NCBI GenBank assembly: GCA_963732385.1
Contig: CAVSZB010000008.1
Location: 403,012 to 467,011, forward strand
Reading direction: 5' to 3'
Source: an uncultured bacterium
GTDB taxonomy: Bacteria; Krumholzibacteriota; Krumholzibacteriia; LZORAL124-64-63
DNA: 64,000 nt
Shown here: positions 29,148 to 37,996 of the stretch, one piece after another
Layout: every line of letters begins with the position of its first letter
How positions within the stretch are numbered: position 1 is the stretch's first letter
Made by a program: the position numbers and the translations under genes
Notes under the pieces: model-generated
The model's input: the letters and a program-made list of their open reading frames with translations, nothing else
Databases searched by the model: none
What the model was told of the DNA's origin: nothing

Positions 29148-30632
29148 ATGAAGAAATTCACCGGACTGCTGATTTCGCTGCCCGTCCTTCTGCTTATGGC
29201 GGTGGCGGGTTGTTCGCTCGATGCGCCCGACGATCCGTCGGCCGGAATCAACCCGCCGACGCTCGAAGACGCCGGGGCGCGCTATGTCGCGGTTGGCAAC
29301 AGCCTGACCGCCGGCTTCATGGACGGCGGCCTGATGATGGCCGGCCAGGCCAGCAGCTATCCCCAGCTGATCGCGGCGCAGCTCGGCCTGAGCAGGACTC
29401 AGTTCACCCAGCCCTGGATCGCGGCGCCGGGCCTTGGCAGCTCGACCCCCAGCAGCCCGGCGAACGTGGCGGGCGTGCTGTATTTCGACGGCGCGGGCAT
29501 CGAGATCCTGGGCGAGACGCCGCTGGCCTCCGTCCAGTCCACGCTGCTGCTGGCCGTGAGCCAGCCCACGCAGTACCATAACCTGGGCGTGCCGGGGGCG
29601 ACGCTGCACGACGGCATGAACGCCTACAGCGCCGCCACCAGCGCCGGCGCCGCGCTCGGCAGCCCCAACCCGTTCTTCGACTTCATCAACCGTGCCGCGT
29701 TCTTCGGCAACAAGGCCATCGCTGCGGGCTATCCGGACGGGATGGGCGGCCTCGTGCCGGTGACCTACCAGTCGGCGTCGCAGTTCTACCAGGCGATCGC
29801 CAAGGGCGGCGCGCTGGTGACGCTGTGGCTCGGCAACAACGACGTGCTCGGCCCCGCCACCAGCGGCGAGCCGCCGGCCGGCTTCGGCGCGGCCGGAGCC
29901 GCGGCGTTCCAGGCTGACTACACGGCGCTGCTGGCGATGCTGGCAGGCGGTCTGGCTCAGCGCAACGGCTTCCCGGCCACCATCGTGGTTGCGAACATCC
30001 CGAGCGTGTCGAGCACACCCTATTTCATTCCCGAGGCCGTGTTCGATGCCTACGTCCGGTCGCAGCTCGGGCAGAGCTGGCCCGGTGGCTACGCGGAGGG
30101 TACGGTGGACTACGTCCGGTTCCCGGCGCTGTCGTGGCTCGCCGCGCATGCCGTGCCGGACAGCTTCGGAGTGGCGCTGCCGGCGAACCTCACGCTCGAC
30201 CATGCCGAGGCGGTGGATGTCGCGACCGCCGTGGGCACCTACAACGCGATCATTGCGGGCGTGGCGGCGTCGGTGAACGCCAGCGGCGTGGCCAGGGTGG
30301 GCCTGATGGACGCCAACGCCCTGCTGGCCGGCCGCAGCGCCGCCGAGAAGACGCACTTCCTGTTCCTCGTGGGCCAGGGCATGAGCGTGGCCACGGCGGC
30401 CTCCACCACGATCTTCTCGCTCGACGGCATCCATCCGAACAGCCACGGCTACGGCATCGTGGCCAATGCCTTCATCGATGAGATCAACGACCTCGACGGC
30501 ACCAGCATTGCGCACGTGGACCCGGATGCCCTGACCTGGGATCCCACCTACGGTATGGACAAGTCGGCAGGCTCCGGTCCCTTGCGGCTGGACCCCGCGG
30601 CGGCGGCGGCCATGGACGCCATCTTCCGCTAG
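29148..30632 (+). CDS. SGNH/GDSL hydrolase family lipoprotein
   Basis: Lipobox VAGC; YVAVGNSLTAG (block I), NLGVPGA, WLGNNDVL, FSLDGIHP (block V). Confidence 0.85.
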   Translation: MKKFTGLLISLPVLLLMAVAGCSLDAPDDPSAGINPPTLEDAGARYVAVGNSLTAGFMDGGLMMAGQASSYPQLIAAQLGLSRTQFTQPWIAAPGLGSSTPSSPANVAGVLYFDGAGIEILGETPLASVQSTLLLAVSQPTQYHNLGVPGATLHDGMNAYSAATSAGAALGSPNPFFDFINRAAFFGNKAIAAGYPDGMGGLVPVTYQSASQFYQAIAKGGALVTLWLGNNDVLGPATSGEPPAGFGAAGAAAFQADYTALLAMLAGGLAQRNGFPATIVVANIPSVSSTPYFIPEAVFDAYVRSQLGQSWPGGYAEGTVDYVRFPALSWLAAHAVPDSFGVALPANLTLDHAEAVDVATAVGTYNAIIAGVAASVNASGVARVGLMDANALLAGRSAAEKTHFLFLVGQGMSVATAASTTIFSLDGIHPNSHGYGIVANAFIDEINDLDGTSIAHVDPDALTWDPTYGMDKSAGSGPLRLDPAAAAAMDAIFR

Positions 30633-30658
30633 CGTCGGCTGATTGCAGAACGACGCGT

Positions 30659-30680
30659 GGGGGAGCCACGGGGCTCCCCC
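30659..30680. terminator. GC-rich hairpin between convergent genes
   Basis: GGGGGAGCC-ACGG-GGCTCCCCC perfect 9-bp stem; no T-tract. Confidence 0.55.
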
Positions 30681-30729
30681 TGCTCATTCCGGATGAATCA
30701 TCGTCGCTTGGGGGCGGGGTGCCGAAAGT

Positions 30730-30891
30730 TCAGGACTGCGGTCGGCCGTTCAGCCGGGCAAGACGCTCCTGGACCTCGCGCAGCAGCGTTTCCGCCCGGC
30801 GTTGCCGCAGCCCCAGCGACAGCAGATAGCCGCCCAGCGCCACCCAGATGAACAGGTAGGCGGCCAGCAGATAGCCCATTCCGCTTTTCAT
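30730..30891 (-). CDS. ccmD: CcmD-like heme exporter protein D
   Basis: 53 aa with YLLAAYLFIWVALGGYLLSL TM helix and basic tail; overlaps the ccmC stop. Confidence 0.75.
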   Translation of the reverse strand: MKSGMGYLLAAYLFIWVALGGYLLSLGLRQRRAETLLREVQERLARLNGRPQS

Positions 30892-31595
30892 GCCTGATCG
30901 GCCTCCAGGTCGGATGTGGCGAGGTCGGCGGCGTAAGCCTCGTCGCGCAGGTACTCCAGGCGGACGCGCTGCAGCAGCAGCGCCACGCCCAGCAGGGTCA
31001 TGGCGGCCAGGCTGACGAAGAAGGTCAGCGCCATCGCCGGATCGAGCCCAGATCCCTGGCCCCCCATGATCACCGGCTGCGGGTGCTGCGTCCGCCACCA
31101 ACGGATGCTGAAGTAGACGATCGGCACGTCGAGGAAGCCGAGGATGCCGACCACTGCCGCCAGCGTGGCGCGCCGGCGGGCGTCGGCGGCGTAGTGGCGC
31201 AGCAGCAGGTAGGAGACATAGATCAGCCAGAGCATCAGGGTCGAGGTGAGCCGGGCGTCCCAGGTCCACCAGATGCCCCAGACCGGCCGGGCCCAGATCG
31301 GGCCGGTCACCAGCACGATCGTGCAGAACAGCACCCCCACCTCGGCTGCCGACAGCGCCAGGATGTCCCAGCCGCGGTGTCCGCCGATCAGCGTGCCGAT
31401 GCTCCCCGCAAAGACGAGGAAGAAGCAGAAAAACGCCATCCAGGCCGACGGCACGTGGAAATAGAAGATGCGCTGCACGTCGCCCATGGTGCGTTCGGTC
31501 GGTGCCCAGCGCAGGGCCAGCACCAGCGCCGCCGCCACCGCCACCAGCGCCAGCAGCGTGGCGAGGGCCTGCCAGGGGGCGAGTTTGCGGGACAC
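30888..31595 (-). CDS. ccmC: Heme exporter protein CcmC
   Basis: RIFYFHVP, WWD domain WARPVWGIWWTWDARLT, WWRTQHP. Confidence 0.92.
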   Translation of the reverse strand: MSRKLAPWQALATLLALVAVAAALVLALRWAPTERTMGDVQRIFYFHVPSAWMAFFCFFLVFAGSIGTLIGGHRGWDILALSAAEVGVLFCTIVLVTGPIWARPVWGIWWTWDARLTSTLMLWLIYVSYLLLRHYAADARRRATLAAVVGILGFLDVPIVYFSIRWWRTQHPQPVIMGGQGSGLDPAMALTFFVSLAAMTLLGVALLLQRVRLEYLRDEAYAADLATSDLEADQA

Positions 31596-31641
31596 GACGC
31601 TCTCTCCTTTCCGCCGACCGGACCACCGGCCGCCGGCAGAT

Positions 31642-32340
31642 CTATTCCCCGATGGCCCGGCCGAACAGCAGCAGCCCGAGCACGAGGTACACGATCGCGA
31701 AAGCGGTCAGCAGCCGCAGCCAGCTGCCCAGGCCGACCGCCGCTCCGCCGTCGATGCCCATGCCGGCGGCGAGCAGCAGCGCGGTGGCTTCCACCGCGGC
31801 GATCAGCACCGGCACGATCAGCGGCAGCAGCACGATCGGCAGCAGCAGATGGCGGGCCACGGTCTGCCCGGCCACTGCCGACAGCACGGTGCCGGCGGCG
31901 CAGAAGCCGGCCGTGCCGAGCGCCGCCACGCCGATCAGCGCCAGCAGCCAGCCGCCCACCGGCGCGTTGAAGAAGACCACGAACATCGGCAGGATGAGCA
32001 GCTCCATCGCGAACATGAACAGGAACGAGGCGGCCCACTTGCCGAGGAAGAGCGCCCCCCGGTCGAGCGGCGAGGCCAGCAGTCCCTGCAGGCAGCCCTC
32101 TTCCCGCTCCTGCGCGAACGAACGCTCCAGCCCCAAAATCCCGGCGAACACGAAGGCGGCCCAGAGGACCCCCGGCGCCACGGCGGCCCGCGTGTCGCCG
32201 GCCGGCTCGAAGGCGAAGTTGAAGACGACCAGCACGAGCAGGGCGAACACGGTCATGATCAGCAGCGAGTCCCAGCCGCGCGCCTCGCTGCGCACGTCCT
32301 TTAGGAAGACCGCGCACGCCTGCCGCAGGAAGACGCTCAC
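31642..32340 (-). CDS. ccmB: Heme exporter protein CcmB
   Basis: KDVRSEAR, RSFAQEREEGCLQGL, LLLPIVLLPL; about six TM helices. Confidence 0.9.
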   Translation of the reverse strand: MSVFLRQACAVFLKDVRSEARGWDSLLIMTVFALLVLVVFNFAFEPAGDTRAAVAPGVLWAAFVFAGILGLERSFAQEREEGCLQGLLASPLDRGALFLGKWAASFLFMFAMELLILPMFVVFFNAPVGGWLLALIGVAALGTAGFCAAGTVLSAVAGQTVARHLLLPIVLLPLIVPVLIAAVEATALLLAAGMGIDGGAAVGLGSWLRLLTAFAIVYLVLGLLLFGRAIGE

Positions 32341-33062
32341 GACGGCAACTCCCGGAACAGGCGCGTGGCCGCGTCCGCGGCCGCGGCGCCGGCCAGCGGC
32401 CGGCCCTGGGCGTCAGCCAATTCGCGCCGTCGGCCGCGGGCGAGATAGACGACCGAGTCGGCGCGCGCCGCCTTGTCAGCGCGGTGGGTCACGAAGAGGA
32501 CCGTGCGCCGTTCCGCGCGAAGCCGGTCGAGGAAACCGTCCAGCACCGCTTCACCCGCGGGATCGAGGCCGGTGTACGGCTCGTCGAGCAGCACCAGTTC
32601 CGGTCCGTGCAGGAGGACGCGCGCCAGCGCGAGGCGCTGCCGCATGCCGCGGCTGAAACCGCCGGCGGCGCGTCGGGCGTGGTCCGCCAGCCCGATCTCT
32701 GCCAGCGCGGTCGCGGCCCGCGCGGAGGGACGGTCGAGCCCGTAGAGCGTGGCGTAGAAGATGAGATTCTCGGCGGCCGTGAGGCGGGCATAGAGGAACG
32801 ACTCGTGTCCCAGCAGTCCGATGCGCCGGCGCAGGTCGGGCCGATCGCCGCGCGTCGGCTGCCCGAACAGCCGGAGTTCGCCGCCGGTGGGGGAGAGCAG
32901 GCCGGCCACGAGACGCAACAGGGTCGACTTCCCGGCCCCGTTGGGTCCCATTACGGCGCAGGTGGCGCCGGCGGGCACGTTCAGGTCGACGTCGGCCAGC
33001 GCCCGCTGCCGGCCATAGTGGTGGCCGAGCTTGCGCGCCTCGACCGCCGGGTCAGGAGACAT
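32337..33062 (-). CDS. ccmA: Heme ABC exporter ATP-binding protein CcmA
   Basis: GPNGAGKST, FSRGMRQR, LLDEPYTGLD; operon context. Confidence 0.88.
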   Translation of the reverse strand: MSPDPAVEARKLGHHYGRQRALADVDLNVPAGATCAVMGPNGAGKSTLLRLVAGLLSPTGGELRLFGQPTRGDRPDLRRRIGLLGHESFLYARLTAAENLIFYATLYGLDRPSARAATALAEIGLADHARRAAGGFSRGMRQRLALARVLLHGPELVLLDEPYTGLDPAGEAVLDGFLDRLRAERRTVLFVTHRADKAARADSVVYLARGRRRELADAQGRPLAGAAAADAATRLFRELPS

Positions 33063-34521
33063 CGGAGTCGGTCCGCCGGCGGACCACCAGCACGACCACC
33101 AGCATCGTCACGATCGCCGCGGCGATGTAGAGGGCGGTGTTCACGATCCGCGGCCCCTGCTTTACTACCGTCTCGTCCGCCTCGCCGTTCACTCCGCTCA
33201 TCCCGCCGTGCGGTGAGCGCGTGGCCGCCTCGGGATCGCCCCCCGCGACCGCAAGCCGCAGCGGAGCGCCGCGTGGAATCGCCGGCGCGCGCAGGATCAG
33301 GAAACCGGTCTGCGGTTCCACGCCGTGCTCGGTCAGTCCCGCGCCGGTGAGCTTGATGTCGGTGGGGAAGGCGTAGATGGTGAGCTGCGCGATATCGACG
33401 CTTGCCTCGAGCGGCAGCACGAGCGCGCCGGTGTAGGGGAGGGAGGCGGAAAGATCGAGGCGGGTGGAGCCGGGCTGCAGCGCCCGGTCGAGGCCGACCC
33501 AGTCCGGCCTGGCGCCGGCGGTCGGTGTCACGGGGGTCGGCATCATGCCGGTGCTGGCCTGCATGCGGGTCACCGCGGCGGGGCCGCCCGGCACGCGCAG
33601 AGCGAACGCGGGTCCGCTGCCGGGCACGATTGCGCGCGGCGGCTGCGATCCGTTCTCGAGCGTCAGGAGCCAGGAAACTTCGAGTCGCTCGCCCAGACGA
33701 CGCACCACCAGATTGATGTTCGCCACCTGCAGGCCGTCGGTCTCGGTCGTGCTGTCGTAGACCATCAGTTCTACCGGGCCGGAGAGCAGATCCTGGCCCC
33801 GCACCAGACGGCTCGGATAGTTGCGTCCCGCGCGCGCCTCCACGACGTAGATGGCCGCCGGCACGATCTCCTGCTCGCCCAGGTCCACTTCGCCGCGCGC
33901 CCCGCGCACGGACGCCAGCGGCAGCAGGCCGGTGCTGCCGACCGCCTGCAGCATGACCTCTTCCGCCTGGCCCGGACCGCCCGCCGTGCCGTTGCGCAGG
34001 GCCACCTTCACGACGCTGTTCACGGCCGTCGTATCGGCCGCCGTCAGGCCGCCCGTCGCGTCTTCGGCCACCGGCGGGTGGCCGGCCGGCAGCCCGCCGC
34101 CGCCCATCTCCTGCGCACGGGCGCCCGGGACGGATGCCGCGGCCAGCCATGCCGCCAGCGCCAAGGCGCCCGCAAAGCCCCCGCGCGATCCGCGGCCGCC
34201 TCGCCCGGCGCGCAGCGCCGGCGTCTCCGACTGCTCACTGGCGAGGCGCGTCTGCTCCCGGTCCAGCTCGCGCATCAACCCGGCCGTTTCCTGCACCAGT
34301 TCCTGGCGTAAAGACTGGAAATCGGCCTCCTCGAGCTTGCCCATGTCGTGGTCGAATTCGAGGTCCTTCAATTCCATCAGCCGGTTGCGGGCGTTCGCTG
34401 CAAGGTCGAGCGGGTGCAGTCCGGCAGCGGCGCCGGCCGCGCCGGTCCGGCGCAGCAGGGGAGTCACGGTCCAGGCGAGCGTTCCGGTCAGGAGCGCGAC
34501 GATCACCAGCGTACTCAGCAT
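33052..34521 (-). CDS. Membrane protein with CcmI-like N-terminus and extracytoplasmic domain
   Basis: TM followed by LKDLEFDHDMGKLEEADF (CcmI/CycH-like), a second hydrophobic segment, LPAGHPP, and a C-terminal TM anchor. Confidence 0.6.
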   Translation of the reverse strand: MLSTLVIVALLTGTLAWTVTPLLRRTGAAGAAAGLHPLDLAANARNRLMELKDLEFDHDMGKLEEADFQSLRQELVQETAGLMRELDREQTRLASEQSETPALRAGRGGRGSRGGFAGALALAAWLAAASVPGARAQEMGGGGLPAGHPPVAEDATGGLTAADTTAVNSVVKVALRNGTAGGPGQAEEVMLQAVGSTGLLPLASVRGARGEVDLGEQEIVPAAIYVVEARAGRNYPSRLVRGQDLLSGPVELMVYDSTTETDGLQVANINLVVRRLGERLEVSWLLTLENGSQPPRAIVPGSGPAFALRVPGGPAAVTRMQASTGMMPTPVTPTAGARPDWVGLDRALQPGSTRLDLSASLPYTGALVLPLEASVDIAQLTIYAFPTDIKLTGAGLTEHGVEPQTGFLILRAPAIPRGAPLRLAVAGGDPEAATRSPHGGMSGVNGEADETVVKQGPRIVNTALYIAAAIVTMLVVVLVVRRRTDSDVS

Positions 34522-34548
34522 GGTGTTTCCTCTCTCGTCTCGCGCGGG

Positions 34549-36549
34549 TCAGGCCGTGGCGCGCACAGTCGCCTCGATCGCTTCCTCGCGCCGGGTTGGG
34601 AAGATACAGATCATCGTGCCACCGATCAATACCAGCCCGCCGATCCAGACCCACGCCACCAGTGGGTTGTCGTAGATCTGGAAGTCGAGCGTCCGGTTGT
34701 TCTCCTCCAAGCCGCCAAGAACGACGTAGAGATCGCGCGCGAGGGTGCTGCGCACGGCCACTTCGGACGAAGGCTGGTCGCTGGCGAGGTAGCGGCGCTT
34801 CTCCGGGTCGAGCGTGACGAGGCGATGGCCGTGCTCGGACACCTCGAGCCACCCTTTGATCCAGGCGTAGTTCGGGTTCTGTCCGTTCTCCACCCGGGCG
34901 AGCTTGAAATCATACCCGCCGAAACTGCCGCTCCCGCCCTCCGGCAACGACAGCCTGCCCTGACGCGAGAACGCCTGCCCCGTGAAGCCGAAAAACAGCA
35001 GCATCACGCCGAAATGCACCACATAGCCGCCGTAGCGCGAGCGGTTGTGCTTGAACAGACCGGCGAGCGCGGTGGCGATCCCCTCGCCGGTATTGCGGCG
35101 TCGCGCCCGCACCGCGCGCGTGAACTCCTCCACGATCGTCACGGCGACGAAGGCGCACAGTCCCAGACTGACCAGCGCAGACGCCTGGCGCACGCCCAGC
35201 AGCGCCAGCGCCACCGCCACGCCCACCGCGATCAGCCACGGGCGGACGAGCGTGCGGCGCAGGCTGGCCACCGCGGTGCGGCGATACGCCAGCAGCGGCC
35301 CCACGCCCATGAGGAACAGCAACAGCAGCCCCAGCGGCACCTGGACCCGGTTGAAGAACCGGATTCCCAGCGAGATTTGGGTCTCGCGCACGAGCTGGCT
35401 GAAAACGGGGAACAGCGTGCCGATGAAGACCGCCGCCATCATGACGAGCAGCAGCAGGTTGTTGAACAGGTAGCCGGCCTCGCGCGACAGCACCGACTCG
35501 ATCTGGTGGTCGGGGCGCAGATCCGCGCGGCGCGCCATGAGCAGCGCCGCCGTAAGGACGGTCGCCAGCCCGAGGAAGATCGTGAAATAGGTCCCGATGC
35601 CCGACGAGGCGAACGCGTGCACCGACTGCACGATGCCCGAGCGGGTCATGAAGGTGCCGAAGACGCACAGCAGGTAGGTGGCGGCGATCAGCGCGGCGTT
35701 CCACCCCTTCAGCATCCCGCGTCGCTGCTGCACGAGCGAGCTGTGGATGAAGGCGGTGCCGGTCAGCCATGGCATCAGGCTGGCGTTCTCGACCGGGTCC
35801 CAGGCCCAGTATCCGCCCCAGCCCAGTTCGGAGTAGGCCCAGCGCGCGCCGAGCAGGATGCCGGCGCCGAGGCAGAACCAGGCGGTCAGGGTCCAGCGCC
35901 GGATGATCTTCACCCAGAGCGAGCCGGTGCGACGGTAGTGCAGCGCCGCCATCGCGAAGGCGAACGGCACGACGAAACCGACGTAGCCGAGATAGAGCAT
36001 CGGCGGGTGGATCACCATCGCCGGATGCTGCAGCAGCGGGTTGAGCCCCTGCCCGTCGGCGGGGCGGAAGGGGCGCAGCGTGCCGTCGGCCGCGCGGGTC
36101 ATCAGCATCGTGAACGGGCTCGCCGCGAAGACGTTCAGCACCAGGAAGAAGAGCGTCGTCCCGCCCAGCACCATCAGGGCGGCCGGCAGGAGCGCCTTCG
36201 CCTCGTCGCTGCGGGAACTGGCGGCCGCGAAGCTGAACGCGCACAGCAGCCAGGTCCAGAACAGCAGCGAGCCGGCCTGTCCCGCCCAGAGCGAGGCGGC
36301 CTTGTAGAAGAGCGGCAGGGCGGTGTTGCTGTAGTCCGCCACGTACGCCACCGAGTAGTCGCCGCGCATGATGAGGGTCTCGAGGCAGGCCACGGCCACC
36401 GTGACGAGCGCGAACACCGCGCCCACGCCGCGCCGCGCCGAGGCGGCCCACGGGCCGGCGGGAGCGCGCAGGCCGCGCCAGGCCGCGGCGACCACCCAGA
36501 CCGACAGCGCGAGCGCCGCGACCAGGCTGGAACTGCCGATATCTCTCAC
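34549..36549 (-). CDS. ccmF: Cytochrome c heme lyase CcmF
   Basis: WAGQAGSLL, GLNPLLQHP, HPPMLYLGY, WGGYWAWDPVENAS, TRSG..SVHAF. GTG start overlapping the ccmE stop. Confidence 0.95.
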   Translation of the reverse strand: MRDIGSSSLVAALALSVWVVAAAWRGLRAPAGPWAASARRGVGAVFALVTVAVACLETLIMRGDYSVAYVADYSNTALPLFYKAASLWAGQAGSLLFWTWLLCAFSFAAASSRSDEAKALLPAALMVLGGTTLFFLVLNVFAASPFTMLMTRAADGTLRPFRPADGQGLNPLLQHPAMVIHPPMLYLGYVGFVVPFAFAMAALHYRRTGSLWVKIIRRWTLTAWFCLGAGILLGARWAYSELGWGGYWAWDPVENASLMPWLTGTAFIHSSLVQQRRGMLKGWNAALIAATYLLCVFGTFMTRSGIVQSVHAFASSGIGTYFTIFLGLATVLTAALLMARRADLRPDHQIESVLSREAGYLFNNLLLLVMMAAVFIGTLFPVFSQLVRETQISLGIRFFNRVQVPLGLLLLFLMGVGPLLAYRRTAVASLRRTLVRPWLIAVGVAVALALLGVRQASALVSLGLCAFVAVTIVEEFTRAVRARRRNTGEGIATALAGLFKHNRSRYGGYVVHFGVMLLFFGFTGQAFSRQGRLSLPEGGSGSFGGYDFKLARVENGQNPNYAWIKGWLEVSEHGHRLVTLDPEKRRYLASDQPSSEVAVRSTLARDLYVVLGGLEENNRTLDFQIYDNPLVAWVWIGGLVLIGGTMICIFPTRREEAIEATVRATA

Positions 36550-37010
36550 GGGAGGGCTCCTGCCGCAGCGGCGGTCGGCGAAGCGACGGTCGGGCCAGCC
36601 CCCGGCTGCGCCTGCTCCCGGGCGTCCATCGCCTCGTACTTGCTGGCGCACTTCGCCTGGATCCTGTCCGCCCGGAACGCCCCCCCGGGTTGCAGATGGC
36701 CCTCCACGACCGCCTTCGCCCGGTCCTTGAAGGTGTCCGGAACGGGATCGAGCCCGACATAGAGCACCGGCATCTCGCATCCGTTTTCCGTCAGCATGAA
36801 GAAGAGCCCCTCGGCGCGGCGACTGATCGATCCCGGAACCACTTCGCCCGACACCTTGAGGCGGGCGTTGCCCCGCGCGCCGGCGCCGGCGGCGATTTCA
36901 TCGACTGTATAGTAGTAGGTCCTGCCTTCCTGAAAGCCGCTCACGGCCAGCCAGACCAGGGTCACGAGGATGGCGCCGATCCCGATCCCCAGTTTGATGC
37001 GTGCCTGCAT
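36546..37010 (-). CDS. ccmE: Heme chaperone CcmE, CxxxY variant
   Basis: N-terminal TM, YYYTVDE, VSGEVVPGSI, PDTFKD, VVEG, AKCASKY. Confidence 0.9.
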   Translation of the reverse strand: MQARIKLGIGIGAILVTLVWLAVSGFQEGRTYYYTVDEIAAGAGARGNARLKVSGEVVPGSISRRAEGLFFMLTENGCEMPVLYVGLDPVPDTFKDRAKAVVEGHLQPGGAFRADRIQAKCASKYEAMDAREQAQPGAGPTVASPTAAAAGALP

Positions 37011-37125
37011 GCGAGGCCTCCTCGCGGCGGGGAACTGGAGTGAGGACCCGCCACCGCGGAACGCTAAGTATACGTAAATAATCCTGATTATCAAGGTCTT
37101 CCGGTCCGCCCGTGACCGGCCGATC

Positions 37126-37156
37126 TTGACACCCGGCGAGGTAACGGCGATATAAA
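37126..37156 (+). promoter_or_regulatory. Possible sigma70 promoter of the Rrf2 gene
   Basis: TTGACA at 37126 and GATATAAA at 37149-37156 in an AT-rich divergent intergenic region; spacing to TATAAA is 19 bp. Confidence 0.4.
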
Positions 37157-37208
37157 GATCCAGATTTTGCACAATTAACGAAACCGGGTCGCAACGGGGG
37201 AGGCAGCG

Positions 37209-37652
37209 GTGATCTTCAAGGCGGACACCCAGCATGCGCTGCGGGCGGTGACGGCGCTGGCCCGGGAGCGGGATCTCCTCTCCACGGCGCGGCTGGCCCA
37301 ACGGGTCGGCGCGCCGGAGCCTGCCCTGGCGAAGGTGCTGCAGCGGCTGGCCCAGCACGGCCTGGTCGAGGGACGCCCCGGTCCCGGCGGCGGCTATCTC
37401 CTCAAACGGGCGGCGGCGGAGATCCCGCTCATCGAACTGGTGCTCCTGTTCGAGGGGCCGAATTTCGGTCGCAACTGCGTCTTCGGCCTGCCCCAGTGCG
37501 CCGACGAATCGCCCTGCCCGCTGCACCACGGCTGGAAACAGATCCTTACCCGCCTGATGAGCCTGCTCGAGACCCACACCGTGGCGGAGCTGGCCGACGG
37601 CACGGTCGAGGCGCTGCCGTGGCCGGACGACCTGGCTGGCGCTACCTCCTGA
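37209..37652 (+). CDS. Rrf2 family transcriptional regulator
   Basis: HALRA, LAKVLQRL, GPGGGYLL, CVFGLPQC...PCPLH Cys cluster. Confidence 0.9.
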   Translation: MIFKADTQHALRAVTALARERDLLSTARLAQRVGAPEPALAKVLQRLAQHGLVEGRPGPGGGYLLKRAAAEIPLIELVLLFEGPNFGRNCVFGLPQCADESPCPLHHGWKQILTRLMSLLETHTVAELADGTVEALPWPDDLAGATS

Positions 37653-37811
37653 GGGTCCCGGAGGCGAACGGGCATGGCCCCCAGCCACCAGTGGCGGCGG
37701 CAGCGCGTGCGCGGCCTGTGCCTCGGAATCCAGATTCTTTCCCTGAGCGTCGTGGCCGCAATCGGAATCCGTTTCGTTGTTTGGGGTCCGGTGGTCTGTG
37801 CAACGAACGGG

Positions 37812-37970
37812 TTATCGATACAACACCTTCAACTGACTCCAGGTCGCCCCGTCCACGGGCATGGGAACGGTCTCGAAGGTGATGTCGGCGACCACGGAGT
37901 CGCACAAGCAAGAGCCAGGAGAGATGGCGCAGTCGATCACGTCGCCAGCTTGTGAGCCCAGATGGTATGG
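37812..37970 (-). pseudogene. 3' remnant of a secreted protein ending in a TWxxLKxLYR motif
   Basis: ...ETVPMPVDGATWSQLKVLYR-stop, followed by a hairpin (37769-37810). No convincing start or signal peptide before the ATPase gene. Confidence 0.55.
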
Positions 37971-37996
37971 TGCGGTTGCTTGGCGGGCGGATGCGT

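Noticed and set aside
37060..37100. AT-rich segments (also 42585-42620 and 46318-46345) as dif/Xer or IHF sites
   Set aside because: Only partial consensus matches; more simply explained as promoter-region AT richness.
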